Shown here: in pieces, positions 31,165-40,932 of the stretch
Layout of the letters: each line of letters opens with the position of its first letter
How positions within the stretch are numbered: position 1 is the first letter of the stretch
From: Candidatus Thorarchaeota archaeon
Lineage (GTDB): Archaea > Asgardarchaeota > Thorarchaeia > Thorarchaeales > Thorarchaeaceae
DNA: 64,000 nucleotides
Assembly: GCA_011364985.1 (NCBI GenBank)
Contig: RDOC01000002.1
Span: forward strand, 189,424-253,423
Direction: 5' to 3'
The notes under the pieces: model-generated
Seen by the model: only the letters and a program-made list of their open reading frames with translations
The model's database searches: none
What the model was told of the DNA's origin: nothing
Program-made: the position numbers and the translations under genes

Positions 31165-32357
31165 TCCAATGCCTCCTTAATACACTCCTCCACATTGCGG
31201 ATTTTAATGTCAAATTTGTTCTTTCCCCGTGCATAATAACATGCCTTTGCGGAATCTGTCATCAGGCCTTTGAATCGTCCTTCCAATGGTGCTACCGCAC
31301 AACATGCATCACTCACAAGAAAGGCACCTGCCTTCTCTATCTTATCATAATACCCCATCTTGATTGCAACATCTTTGGTGGGTTTTGCTGTTGTAATCCA
31401 GACAGTCTTCCCCTCAGCTACTCTCTGTCCATCAAGCATCTCAGCAACTTTGGCAATATCAGCGATACTTGCGTGGGGGCATCCAATGCTGATAAAATCA
31501 ATCTCCGCTCCTTTATCATCAAGCTCTGCACGTGCCTTTTCCAAGTCGTCCTTGCCAATTATTTCAGTCTTCTCAGGAATACTTGTTCGATTCGGTGTTA
31601 TCCCCTCCATATGGAAAAGGGCGATTCCGCCATAGGTGGCTATCGACGCACAAAGAGACCTAAGCTGATCTGTTGTAGCATTCTTTATTTCTCTGATATA
31701 GGGAATTTGCTTACCTGTCCGGTCGCCAATCACTTTTCCCAACAGACCAAAATCATCTGTTGTCTGGAGTTCTATTTCAACATCATATACTACTTGTGCA
31801 ATTCGATTTTTCTCAAGATGAAAACCATATTCAGCCGTTCTTCCGGTCAGAGATGAGGCCAATGCACTTGGTCCTCCCTCTCGATTCGTGAGAGCACCAA
31901 TCACAGAATTTGCGAAACAGACTGCAGATGATTCAGCCCATGCAATATGCTCTCCAAAATGTGGAAGATTCCCAATGAGATAGGGTGTACATGTACAGGT
32001 TGTCACAACTCCCATCTTTTCAAATGCATCTACTACCCTCTGCTGATTTTTCGCAAAGTCTTCACTTATCCCATGTTTCTTCCACTCAGTCATGTCCATA
32101 CCGGCGGGATTCAGTGTCGTCAAGACCCGTATCTGGCCATCCTCAGCAATCTCCGAGAGGTACTCAAGTCCGGCTTCACCAAGATTGTGGTACGAAACCC
32201 CAGCGATTTGCACACTAGATACAGGAATAAGCCGTTCTGCACCGTAAATCTCCCCAAGTGTAGTTATAATTTCCATGGCCTTTCTTGTGGCCTTTCCATG
32301 CCTTCCCTCAAGCATCTCAGTTTCTTCTTTCGTCAGTTCAAGTCCCATACTACTCAC
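31161..32357 (-). CDS. Phosphomevalonate dehydratase large subunit (aconitase X, DUF521)
   Basis: GVSY, TTLNP, TCTPY, WAESSA, IGCPH, TDSAKA. Confidence 0.9.
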   Translation of the reverse strand: MSSMGLELTKEETEMLEGRHGKATRKAMEIITTLGEIYGAERLIPVSSVQIAGVSYHNLGEAGLEYLSEIAEDGQIRVLTTLNPAGMDMTEWKKHGISEDFAKNQQRVVDAFEKMGVVTTCTCTPYLIGNLPHFGEHIAWAESSAVCFANSVIGALTNREGGPSALASSLTGRTAEYGFHLEKNRIAQVVYDVEIELQTTDDFGLLGKVIGDRTGKQIPYIREIKNATTDQLRSLCASIATYGGIALFHMEGITPNRTSIPEKTEIIGKDDLEKARAELDDKGAEIDFISIGCPHASIADIAKVAEMLDGQRVAEGKTVWITTAKPTKDVAIKMGYYDKIEKAGAFLVSDACCAVAPLEGRFKGLMTDSAKACYYARGKNKFDIKIRNVEECIKEALE

Positions 32358-33657
32358 CCAAGAACTTCTTCAGGTCAACTTCTGGAAAGCGAGCCTTGTC
32401 AAAGCTCTTTCCTTTCGTTTCAAGTACTTTTGTGCAGTCAAAACCAATTTTCGTGGTCATTTTTGTACCTGGTTCAGCACTCGGATCCAGAGAACTACCC
32501 GGTTCTCTGTTCTTAATTAGTAAGTTCGCATCACCTTGGAATCTAGTAGCCATGGCCCATTCTCGTTCTTGCTCATTGTAAATGTCGATGTCATCATCAT
32601 AGACCCAGACATGCTTGGCACTTTTATGACCTGCAAAGGCCCTCTCTATTGCTTTCAAACCATCATCATCATTTGCCTTTTCAATCTGTATCGCGACATG
32701 AAGCCAACTTGCTCCTCCTGGTGTAATGTTCACATCCAAGACATTCACTCCTTGCTCCTGTATGCTTCTGTAAACAGTAGGCTCCCTTGGCATCCCCATG
32801 AGTATTTTGTGCTCCGATCTACCTGGAAGAAGACCCTGCCAGATTGCTGTCTTCCTATGGGTTATCTTCTTCACCTCGAAAATGGGTTCTTCTCGAATCA
32901 CATCTACAGTTTCAGTAAGGTCGATGAATGGTCCTTCGTCATGACGCTCATCCAAGAACACACGCCCTTCTAACACAAACTCGCAATCAGCCGGAATCAT
33001 AAGATCAACTGTCTTGGCCATTGTGACATTAATTGGTGTCAATGCATTTGCAATTTCAAGTTCGTCCACCCCAGTTTCCACCGAAGTGGCCGCTGCAATT
33101 AGAACTTCGGGCGTATTCCCAATGCAGTAGGCTACGTCCACCTCCCCATTTCGTTTCAGGAACTTATGAAAATCTCTGCCGCTCACTACTCTGGTAGCCA
33201 TTCGGTCCTTGGCAATTTGCATTGCACGGTGAAAATCAAGATTCTGTCCATATTCTGGATCAGACGAAACTACTACTCCTGATGAAATATAGGGGCCACC
33301 ATCAATCTTGTTGTGCAATAGAATGGGAAGCTTCTCAAGGTCCACTTCACCCTCTACAATTTCCTGACATGATGCTGCATCTGTTTCTTCTGGCTTGCTC
33401 CTTTTCTCTATCGCTCCTGAAAGAGTGGGAATAATATCTCTAATCTCAATTCCGAAATAGGCTGCTATCTGCTCTTTTGTGCAGAATAGATTCCCTGCAA
33501 CTCTATAGTCAGATTCTTTCACATTCTCAAAGAATACTGGTGTTGGTTCCAGTGCCTTCAAAACACCTGCAATTTCCAAGTTCTTCGAAATCGGCTTCTT
33601 TACTTGTTCAATCTTATCACTGTTAACGAGCTGCTCTATATACTTCTCTAGAATCAT
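32350..33657 (-). CDS. UbiD-family decarboxylase (anhydromevalonate phosphate decarboxylase)
   Basis: DGGPYI, EGPF, EHKILMG, WAMATRFQ, GSSLDPS; next to MVK and AcnX. Confidence 0.9.
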   Translation of the reverse strand: MILEKYIEQLVNSDKIEQVKKPISKNLEIAGVLKALEPTPVFFENVKESDYRVAGNLFCTKEQIAAYFGIEIRDIIPTLSGAIEKRSKPEETDAASCQEIVEGEVDLEKLPILLHNKIDGGPYISSGVVVSSDPEYGQNLDFHRAMQIAKDRMATRVVSGRDFHKFLKRNGEVDVAYCIGNTPEVLIAAATSVETGVDELEIANALTPINVTMAKTVDLMIPADCEFVLEGRVFLDERHDEGPFIDLTETVDVIREEPIFEVKKITHRKTAIWQGLLPGRSEHKILMGMPREPTVYRSIQEQGVNVLDVNITPGGASWLHVAIQIEKANDDDGLKAIERAFAGHKSAKHVWVYDDDIDIYNEQEREWAMATRFQGDANLLIKNREPGSSLDPSAEPGTKMTTKIGFDCTKVLETKGKSFDKARFPEVDLKKFLGE

Positions 33658-33666
33658 ATACTCACC

Positions 33667-34608
33667 TCAAAGTCCGAATGTAGTATTGTACACTAATGGA
33701 GAGCCACCTTTTTCAAGTGCCCCAGCAATTCTTGATTGTGTTTCTTTATCTGGAGCAAGAGCAATCATATTCCCTCCGCGTCCTGTTCCTGTTAGCTTGG
33801 CCCCGATGGCACCATTTTCTCTTGCCATAAGAATCAAATCATCCAATTCCTTACAAGAAACAGTCAGCTCTTGCAGTAGTTCATGATTTCTATTCATGAG
33901 TCTTCCAGCATGCTTGATGTCAAACTTGAGAAGAGCATTTCGTGCATCCTGAACAAGTTTGTCGTACTCCTCTGCTATACCCTGAAACCATCTTGGGTCA
34001 GCTGCTTTCTTTCTTCTCACATCACTAACAACCTCTGTTGTGCTTGCTGTGATGCCTGTAGATGCAACAGTCAGATGGACTGAATTCTTCAGCTTGAGCT
34101 TTTCAAAAGTTGGTGGGCCTCCATTAAGGTCACGCACGTACCACACCAAGCCACCGAAGGTAGACGCGGTATTATCAACGCCAGAAGGCGTACCATGATA
34201 GCCCTTTTCGCCTTCAAATCCAATTTGATTAATCCTCTCATCATCATAACCTAGTTCGAATTCCTCATTCAGTGCACGTGCCAAAGAAACACAGCTTGCA
34301 GCACTTGCTCCAAAGCCAGAGGCACAGACCAAGTCTCCTTCCAATTTGATATGAATACCTTCTTCAGAAACGTCAAGCCCAGCGGCTTGAATCACCAACT
34401 CAACTGACTTCTTTTGTTCTTTCATCTTCTTGGCTTTATAACCAAGAACTTCGGGTCTTCTATCATCCAAGGTCCAGCCTGCCTTATTGCTACGATTCAC
34501 GACAGCCATTGTCCTAGAGGCTATTCCGGCTGCCAGAGCTGGCAGCCCATAAACTACGAAATGTTCTCCATAGAGAATACTTTTCCCAAAACCAATGCCT
34601 CGTCCCAT
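33667..34608 (-). CDS. mvk: Mevalonate kinase
   Basis: GKSILYGEHFVVYG, SGFGASAA, HGTPSGVD, AKLTGTGRGG. Confidence 0.94.
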   Translation of the reverse strand: MGRGIGFGKSILYGEHFVVYGLPALAAGIASRTMAVVNRSNKAGWTLDDRRPEVLGYKAKKMKEQKKSVELVIQAAGLDVSEEGIHIKLEGDLVCASGFGASAASCVSLARALNEEFELGYDDERINQIGFEGEKGYHGTPSGVDNTASTFGGLVWYVRDLNGGPPTFEKLKLKNSVHLTVASTGITASTTEVVSDVRRKKAADPRWFQGIAEEYDKLVQDARNALLKFDIKHAGRLMNRNHELLQELTVSCKELDDLILMARENGAIGAKLTGTGRGGNMIALAPDKETQSRIAGALEKGGSPLVYNTTFGL

Positions 34609-34737
34609 TGAATCATCTTCTCCGAATCGCTAGAGGCGGTCAGACTTTCGACACTTTTGAATTCTTCCTTAGATTAGCATCGAACTCATGCAGAAGAACC
34701 CATACACAAGACTCTTGACTACATCATCCCATGATGC

Positions 34738-35712
34738 ATGTGCATGAGAATCGTTGACCTATTTTCCGGAGCAGGTGGATTTGCTTCTGGCTTTGCTTCT
34801 AGAAGCAATGGATGTCATATTGCAGTAGACATAGACCCGTTCGCATTGGATACCTATCGCTTGAACTATCCAGAGGCTACCATCCTTCACAGAAATATCA
34901 ATAGCCTTCACTCTCTGGAGCTTGAACACATAGTAAATGGGCAGCCTGATGTAATAATTGCATCTCCTCCCTGTGAGGAGTTTAGTCGAGCAAACTCAAG
35001 GAGTTTTTCTCCTGCACGAGATAGAATCTACGGAACTGGGACTGCTCGTTTAGTGCTGGATGCCATACGAATTATTGGAGATCTTTCTCCGCAAGTATTC
35101 ATTATCGAGAATGTGGCTGGAATCCTCGAGTCAGGAGGGCGAAAAATTCTCTGTCGTGAGCTACATCGTGTTGGGATAGACACAGTATATTTCAATCTGA
35201 TTCGAGCACATCGTCATGGAAATCCATCAAGACGGCTCAGGGTATTCATTAGTAATCTAGAATTCAGGCTGCCTACTTGCTCCACTCCAAAAGTTATGGA
35301 AGCAATTGGCGATCTTCCACCAATGAACTTCGAAGCGTTGTTCACTCCTGAAAATGAAGTTCCTAACCATACCTTTGTACACATTTCAGAAGCCAAGATG
35401 AAACGGGTCCGAAAGACCGGATGGGGGCGAGGCGTCAAGCATTTCCGAGTTTCAAAGGAAAAGGCTGTTCCCAATTGGGTTCGTTTCCGACCAAATCAAA
35501 TCGCCACTTCAATCATTGGCAACTCGAGGTATATTCATCCTTTTGAGAACCGTCTACTTACAGTGCGTGAACACGCAAGACTCATGAGTTATCCTGATTC
35601 ATTCCTTTTCAGTGGTCCAACAGATAGTCAGTACAACCAAGTTGGCGAAAGCGTTCCGCCAGTAATATCTCATCTCATCGCAAAGGAGGTAGAAACCTAT
35701 CTTGAAGAATGA
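34738..35712 (+). CDS. C5 cytosine DNA methyltransferase (orphan)
   Basis: DLFSGAGG, SPPC, ENV, LTVREHARLMSYPD, QVGESVPP. Confidence 0.93.
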   Translation: MCMRIVDLFSGAGGFASGFASRSNGCHIAVDIDPFALDTYRLNYPEATILHRNINSLHSLELEHIVNGQPDVIIASPPCEEFSRANSRSFSPARDRIYGTGTARLVLDAIRIIGDLSPQVFIIENVAGILESGGRKILCRELHRVGIDTVYFNLIRAHRHGNPSRRLRVFISNLEFRLPTCSTPKVMEAIGDLPPMNFEALFTPENEVPNHTFVHISEAKMKRVRKTGWGRGVKHFRVSKEKAVPNWVRFRPNQIATSIIGNSRYIHPFENRLLTVREHARLMSYPDSFLFSGPTDSQYNQVGESVPPVISHLIAKEVETYLEE

Positions 35713-36178
35713 TGTTAAGAATGTCTTTGTAATTCTCCATAACGTTCATGCTGTAAGTAAAGTGGTTGAAACGGCACAAGTCGTCTACGGTTTAGAATTT
35801 GTAAACTACATAGTGACAAAGGCAGAAGGCTCGGCAGCGCAAACCGGAGTCCCTGATGCCAATAGGCTTGCAATGAAGATGAAGGGGAACTTCATGGTGT
35901 TGCCCGACCTGAGTGATGCTCTTGAGCTACTAGACGTCAGTAGGCCATTTCTGCTCACATCTCCTGTACTCACTGACAAGCGGTTTCAAACAGCTGATTT
36001 GGTGGAACATCTGAAGTCCGCTGGACGGCTTGTAATCGTTGTTTCCGGTAGTAACAGCTCTTTTTCCAGGAAGGAGATGGACTTGGGAGAATGCGTCAGT
36101 CTGGATGCTAAGGTCGACATTGGACCTGCAGGCACAGTTGCAGTGGCTCTCTATGGTCTAAAGGCGGCACTGTCATAA
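35702..36178 (+). CDS. DUF2122 / SPOUT-like protein
   Basis: LHN...GSAAQTGVP...G...FSRKE pattern; translationally coupled to the MTase. Confidence 0.7.
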   Translation: MKNDVKNVFVILHNVHAVSKVVETAQVVYGLEFVNYIVTKAEGSAAQTGVPDANRLAMKMKGNFMVLPDLSDALELLDVSRPFLLTSPVLTDKRFQTADLVEHLKSAGRLVIVVSGSNSSFSRKEMDLGECVSLDAKVDIGPAGTVAVALYGLKAALS

Positions 36179-36217
36179 AGAACCTATGATGACAAGGCAT
36201 GGAGTAGAAAAAGTGGA

Positions 36218-36294
36218 TGGTGGGCCGGGAGCGATTTGAACGCTCGATCCCGTGGATCCGAACCACGAATCATACCAAGCTAGACCACCGACCC
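36218..36294 (-). tRNA. tRNA-Pro(CGG), intronless, CCA encoded
   Basis: GGGTCGG/CCGGCCC acceptor stem, CGTGG-TTCGGAT-CCACG anticodon arm, GAGCG-TTCAAAT-CGCTC T arm. Confidence 0.92.
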
Positions 36295-36338
36295 ATGACT
36301 GAAGTGACCCTTCTTGAGAATCATTTAACGATTTCGTT
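36267..36338. repeat. Direct repeat copy 1 (tRNA-Pro 5' part plus upstream region)
   Basis: Matches 37829-37901: first 31 bp identical, 5 differences overall. Confidence 0.93.
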
Positions 36339-36460
36339 AATCCAGAATGATTGTGAGGGTGATGGCGTACGACGCAAATAATAACTGGATAGAAACCGAT
36401 TACCACGAGTGCGCATTACCTAATGGAGGATCGCCTCCAGACCCGCCAGAATGAAAGTAA

Positions 36461-37747
36461 ATGAGGTCAACAGCAGTCAATGAAAATACAGCAGGAAACC
36501 TTCGGGCTAAGATGAAGCGAGTGAAGAACATGGAGCTGTCTACTACACACATACTTCGAAGGAGAATATGCAATTCTACCAGCATCTTGATTCTCGCTTG
36601 TCTTCTTAGTCAAGCCCTATTCGTCCCCGCGACTGTCGCTGCTTTGCAGCCGGCCCAGCAAAACACAAACGTGTGGGTACGTGTTGATGGCCAAGCCTAT
36701 CCTGATGCCGTCTTCTCAGATGTCAAGTTCATCAATGCTACTCATGGGTGGGTAGTTGGTGAGTCTAACTATCAAGGACTTGGAGATGGAATTGTTCTAA
36801 ATACTAACGATGGTGGCATTACTTGGAAAGAAAGACTGAATGATAGTGACAGGTTATTTTCCAGAATTGATATTGTGGAAAATCATACAGCATGGGTGTC
36901 ATCTCTCGGTAGCCTGTTCTATTCATCGGATTTCGGAATCACTTGGAATGAGAGTAAGGTAGTAGTAGGGAACACCCTTTTGCCAATGGTTGAATTCACT
37001 AATAGCTCTCATGGATGGACATCAACTGCTGACACTCTTTTTAAGACCACAAATGGAGGTTCCTCATGGAATCCAGTTCCTAGTTGGACTTTCAATGACA
37101 CCCTAAGACATATGGTATTTGTGACTCAAAGCGAGGTACACGCCATTGGATTCTTTGGCATTTATCACAGCAGTGATGGAGCAGAAACGTGGGAACAGGT
37201 ATCATTCAGGGGAGGATGGAGCCTGAGCTTTGTGAGTGAGTCAGAAGGCTGGGCTATTGGCGACAACAGACTCGCTCATACCGCAGATGGATCCACGTGG
37301 ACCGAGTTGACCATACCTGGCTCATTTCTGCTAGCACCCTATTTTCGCATGAGGCTTCCGTATTGCTCAGACATTCTATTCTTGGACGCGGACCACGGAT
37401 GGATAGTCGGTGACGAAACCGCTGTCATGTACACTCCAAACGGGGGAACAGATTGGTACAAACAGAGCGTAGGATCTATCATCAGTCGTATGAGTGCAGT
37501 AGATTTCATCAATCAAACGCATGGATGGATTACTGGCTGGGACGGCATTATATTAAGAACTACAGCAGGTAATACAATTGGTACTCGCCTTTGGGCAGGA
37601 TTTGCCGACCCGCTTTTCCTCTCAATTGCTGGAGTTGTGACTATTGTCATTGTGACTGGAATAACGAGTTTGGTCTGGTTCCGCCGTCGTAGATCCGGCA
37701 AAGCAACAACCACTCTGGAAGAAGACTCTGGTCTTGCTCTACATTAG
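36461..37747 (+). CDS. Membrane-anchored YCF48/BNR-repeat beta-propeller protein
   Basis: Repeated F...HGW.VG / T.DGG.TW motifs; signal-like N-terminus; C-terminal TM followed by RRRR. Confidence 0.9.
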   Translation: MRSTAVNENTAGNLRAKMKRVKNMELSTTHILRRRICNSTSILILACLLSQALFVPATVAALQPAQQNTNVWVRVDGQAYPDAVFSDVKFINATHGWVVGESNYQGLGDGIVLNTNDGGITWKERLNDSDRLFSRIDIVENHTAWVSSLGSLFYSSDFGITWNESKVVVGNTLLPMVEFTNSSHGWTSTADTLFKTTNGGSSWNPVPSWTFNDTLRHMVFVTQSEVHAIGFFGIYHSSDGAETWEQVSFRGGWSLSFVSESEGWAIGDNRLAHTADGSTWTELTIPGSFLLAPYFRMRLPYCSDILFLDADHGWIVGDETAVMYTPNGGTDWYKQSVGSIISRMSAVDFINQTHGWITGWDGIILRTTAGNTIGTRLWAGFADPLFLSIAGVVTIVIVTGITSLVWFRRRRSGKATTTLEEDSGLALH

Positions 37748-37828
37748 CATCAAAGGAACTTGGCAAAGCACCACCAGGGTTCCCAATAGAAGCGAATTAT
37801 TACAAATCGACCTGTGAGCTCAGTCCAA

Positions 37829-37901
37829 GAATCATACCAAGCTAGACCACCGACCCATGGTTGAAATGACCCCTTCTGGAGAATCATTTAACGATTTCGT
37901 T
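37829..37901. repeat. Direct repeat copy 2 (partial tRNA-Pro plus last codons of the phosphoesterase gene)
   Basis: See 36267-36338. Confidence 0.93.
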
Positions 37902-38717
37902 GAATTGCTTCTGAAGCCCCCTTATGCTGTTAATATATTGCCCAGAAACACTATAGACTTCTGACTCCAGAAAGTCGACACAATTATTCTCAAAGAGTGG
38001 ACCGCGAAACCCTGAATCCAATCTGTTGATTGCTACGCCTGAAAACAGCTCATTGAAACTTGGCAGAGTTATTGCAACACCCTTTGTGTCATCTGATTCT
38101 TGGGATGCACTCATACATGACCTTACGCAATTTTTGTCCAACTGAGAGCGTAAAATCACGGGAATACTTGCACCTCGGCGCTTTCTTTCCTCCCTGCCAA
38201 TATCTGGTGCTGAGGCAACACGAACGCTCTGTATCGTTGGATGGTTGTGTCCAAGAATCAAGGTCTTGGCACTAAGAACCTGCTTGGACGGCCATGTATG
38301 ACCATGAAGCAAGCCTATGGTTGGTTCCTCATTCAAGATGACACCAAAGACGCTCTCAATGGGCGCTTTTCGTGGCAATAGGGCTGCTAAGTCGCCATCA
38401 TGATTACCTGGGATTACATGCGTATCAACGATATCCATGAGAGCCTTCATGAATTCCGGGATGAGCTGCCAGTTGAAAGGCGTGTCTGCAGTGATTGTAT
38501 GTTTGATATCTCCAAGAATGTAGAGTTTCCTAATTCTATACCTATCTACCAATACTGATATCCTGTGCAGAATGTTTTCTTGTTGAGGAGGAAATGAAAC
38601 CCCCTTTTGCTTTGTTAACTCCTCCTCAAAGCCAAGATGAAAGTCCGCGGTAAGCAGTATCGAATCCGAATCCGTTCTTAATACGGCGCTTCGGTCATCA
38701 TATAGTATTTCCATCAA
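37884..38717 (-). CDS. Metallophosphoesterase (calcineurin-like)
   Basis: ADFHLG, LGDIKH, GNHDG, HGH, GHNHP. Confidence 0.92.
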   Translation of the reverse strand: MMEILYDDRSAVLRTDSDSILLTADFHLGFEEELTKQKGVSFPPQQENILHRISVLVDRYRIRKLYILGDIKHTITADTPFNWQLIPEFMKALMDIVDTHVIPGNHDGDLAALLPRKAPIESVFGVILNEEPTIGLLHGHTWPSKQVLSAKTLILGHNHPTIQSVRVASAPDIGREERKRRGASIPVILRSQLDKNCVRSCMSASQESDDTKGVAITLPSFNELFSGVAINRLDSGFRGPLFENNCVDFLESEVYSVSGQYINSIRGLQKQFNEIVK

Positions 38718-38821
38718 CTGATATTGATAATCCTACAACATTTTAACATGCTCCTGTGTACAATTATAGGAGAACTATGCTCCTTCCTCGGCACGAAACT
38801 GAACGGTTGTCAAAGACCAAT

Positions 38822-39163
38822 ATGACCCAAGAAGATGTTGAATACTTTCGTGATAAGTACGGTAAAAGATTCGTCCGTGCTCTACGGTCTGTTGAAGAGG
38901 GTCGAGTAAAAGAATACAGCTTTCATCCGAGTGAAATTACACGATGGTCGGTTCGAGGAAGTCGACGCGAATACTTGGTAATACCTGAGATATTCTGTAC
39001 CTGCAGAAGCTTCTATCACGAGGTTGTAATTGATGGCACTTCAACGATGTGCTATCACTTGCTGGCGCAGAAAATAGCAGAACTGCGAAATGAGTACGAG
39101 ATAGTGAAATGTACAGATGCTGATAGAAGAAAGCTAGCTATAAAATGGCGGAGGACTGACTAG
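38822..39163 (+). CDS. SWIM zinc-finger protein
   Basis: FCTCRSF...CYHLLA. Confidence 0.85.
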   Translation: MTQEDVEYFRDKYGKRFVRALRSVEEGRVKEYSFHPSEITRWSVRGSRREYLVIPEIFCTCRSFYHEVVIDGTSTMCYHLLAQKIAELRNEYEIVKCTDADRRKLAIKWRRTD

Positions 39164-39248
39164 CTTACAGTTAATGCGAATCTGAAGATAAGTTTTTAAC
39201 ATCACTCCGGGTCTGGCACGCCGACTGACAGGAAGGTCGAATGAGCCT

Positions 39249-40337
39249 ATGCTGCGTCTGAAAGTAACTTCCAATATTCTGGCGATTGCTATTGTAACCC
39301 TGATTATTCTGTCCAGCATTCCTGGCCATGTTAGGGCTCAAGAATCATTGGATCCTGTTGTTATCATTTATGACGCTAGTAATAGACCCCAGCTTAGTGC
39401 CACAGATGAAGATGAAGGATTGAAGCTTCTGTTCGACATGGTCAATGCTTCAACACGTTATCTTCTAAAGGTGAACGAAGATCCAATTACCAATGAAACG
39501 CTAAGCCAAGCTGACATTCTCATAATTGGAGAGAATGCAATAAGCGAACCATATGAGGACGAAGAAATCGAGTCAATATCTCAAATGCTTGCAAATGGCA
39601 GCTCCTTGCTACTTCTTGGAAATCCAGTCATTCCTCGGAACTCGAGTTACTGGAGTGACACTACTCTCCAAGGACTTGGTGATAACAGAGTGCTGAACGA
39701 TTTACTCGACGGTCTCAATATGACAGGCCCCAGATTCAGTACCAACGAAACCGACGAAGGCATCTGGGGTGACGCAATGTTTGATTATGACCAGGCTGTC
39801 AACGAGTCTTCACCATGGGTCTTTCGTCTTGATCCAACAACTTGGAATTCACTTCACCCAATCCTCAATGACATAAACGAACTGATTGTTATGACTGCCA
39901 CATTGAAACCATTGGATTTACCAAGTTCCCTAGCGACCGGCTATGAGTCGTCCTTTGCCCAGTATAGAATGAGTGCTCTCACCTTTGCGAACTACAGTTT
40001 TCCCAATATGACTCTTGACCAATTTGCTGAAGACCCGCTTTCATATTCCGCCATTAACGGCACTTTCCCGTCATGGCTATCAGCCTTTGAGTTCAATCAA
40101 AGCAGAGTTGTCATATCTGGCTCAGGAATTATGTTTAGTGGACTTGGTGTTGATGTATACGAAATCGAGGATGGATGGTTCCATACAGCTGACAATACCC
40201 GCCTATTCATGAATATGCTAGACTGGCTATCAGACGAGTTCATCGAAGCTCCTGGAGCAATCGAACCCATGCTCATAATCTCTGGGACTATTCTGGTGGT
40301 GGGTGTTGCTTACTACCTATTGAAGAAACTCAGATAG
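39249..40337 (+). CDS. Secreted, C-terminally anchored GIFT-domain-like protein (GldG/IFT52/Wbp1 type)
   Basis: Signal peptide; DILII, GSSLLLLG, SRVVISGSG.MFS, DN..LF.NM.DWL; many NxS/T sites; C-terminal TM. Confidence 0.75.
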   Translation: MLRLKVTSNILAIAIVTLIILSSIPGHVRAQESLDPVVIIYDASNRPQLSATDEDEGLKLLFDMVNASTRYLLKVNEDPITNETLSQADILIIGENAISEPYEDEEIESISQMLANGSSLLLLGNPVIPRNSSYWSDTTLQGLGDNRVLNDLLDGLNMTGPRFSTNETDEGIWGDAMFDYDQAVNESSPWVFRLDPTTWNSLHPILNDINELIVMTATLKPLDLPSSLATGYESSFAQYRMSALTFANYSFPNMTLDQFAEDPLSYSAINGTFPSWLSAFEFNQSRVVISGSGIMFSGLGVDVYEIEDGWFHTADNTRLFMNMLDWLSDEFIEAPGAIEPMLIISGTILVVGVAYYLLKKLR

Positions 40338-40340
40338 TGA

Positions 40341-40931
40341 CTACCACTCCAGAGGTGCTATCCCAGAAGAAACGAGAATAAGGTCAATGTTCTCTTTTAG
40401 TTCCGATATTCCTTTTTTTTTGGTTGCTGACGTGGATACAATCTTGAGTTCATGATTGGGTAAAACGGCACTGAGCTTTTCTTCAAGGAATTTCAGCTCC
40501 GTTTGCTTCTGCTTTTTCTTTAGCTTGTCAAATTTGTTGGCCACTACAATCACATTTGATGCAATCTCGGAAAGAAACGTGTAAAACTCGATGTCGATAG
40601 GTATCTCTCCTCTTGTTTCCCATCGATTAACCAATTCGCGAAAGAGTGAGATATCGATGATCATTACAGCTATGAGTATATTCTCACTCCATTCCTCAAG
40701 TTTACGGACAAGCAGCGTCTTCATTTCTTCAATTTCCGTCTTGCTTGTACTAGCCATATAACCAAATCCAGGAATATCTACAACTGTTACCGATCCCAAA
40801 TCTATCCTAAGCTCCCAACGGGTACTGCCAGGCCTCTTGCCAACTCTTACTTTTCGCCCTGTGAGTGCACGAATTGTGCTGCTCTTACCCACATTGCTTC
40901 TGCCTGCAAACACAATAAGCGGTTTCTTCAA
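40341..40931 (-). CDS. engB: GTP-binding protein EngB/YihA
   Basis: GRSNVGKSS, RPGST, DIPGFG, NKFD, SA. Confidence 0.92.
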   Translation of the reverse strand: MKKPLIVFAGRSNVGKSSTIRALTGRKVRVGKRPGSTRWELRIDLGSVTVVDIPGFGYMASTSKTEIEEMKTLLVRKLEEWSENILIAVMIIDISLFRELVNRWETRGEIPIDIEFYTFLSEIASNVIVVANKFDKLKKKQKQTELKFLEEKLSAVLPNHELKIVSTSATKKKGISELKENIDLILVSSGIAPLEW

Positions 40932-40932
40932 G

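Noticed and set aside
34738-36178. Restriction-modification defence system
   Set aside because: No recognisable endonuclease; the partner looks like the DUF2122/SPOUT-like protein.
37790-37856. Split (trans-spliced) tRNA 5' half
   Set aside because: No complementary GC-rich leader or partner 3' half is visible, and an intact tRNA-Pro lies 1.5 kb away, so duplication is simpler.
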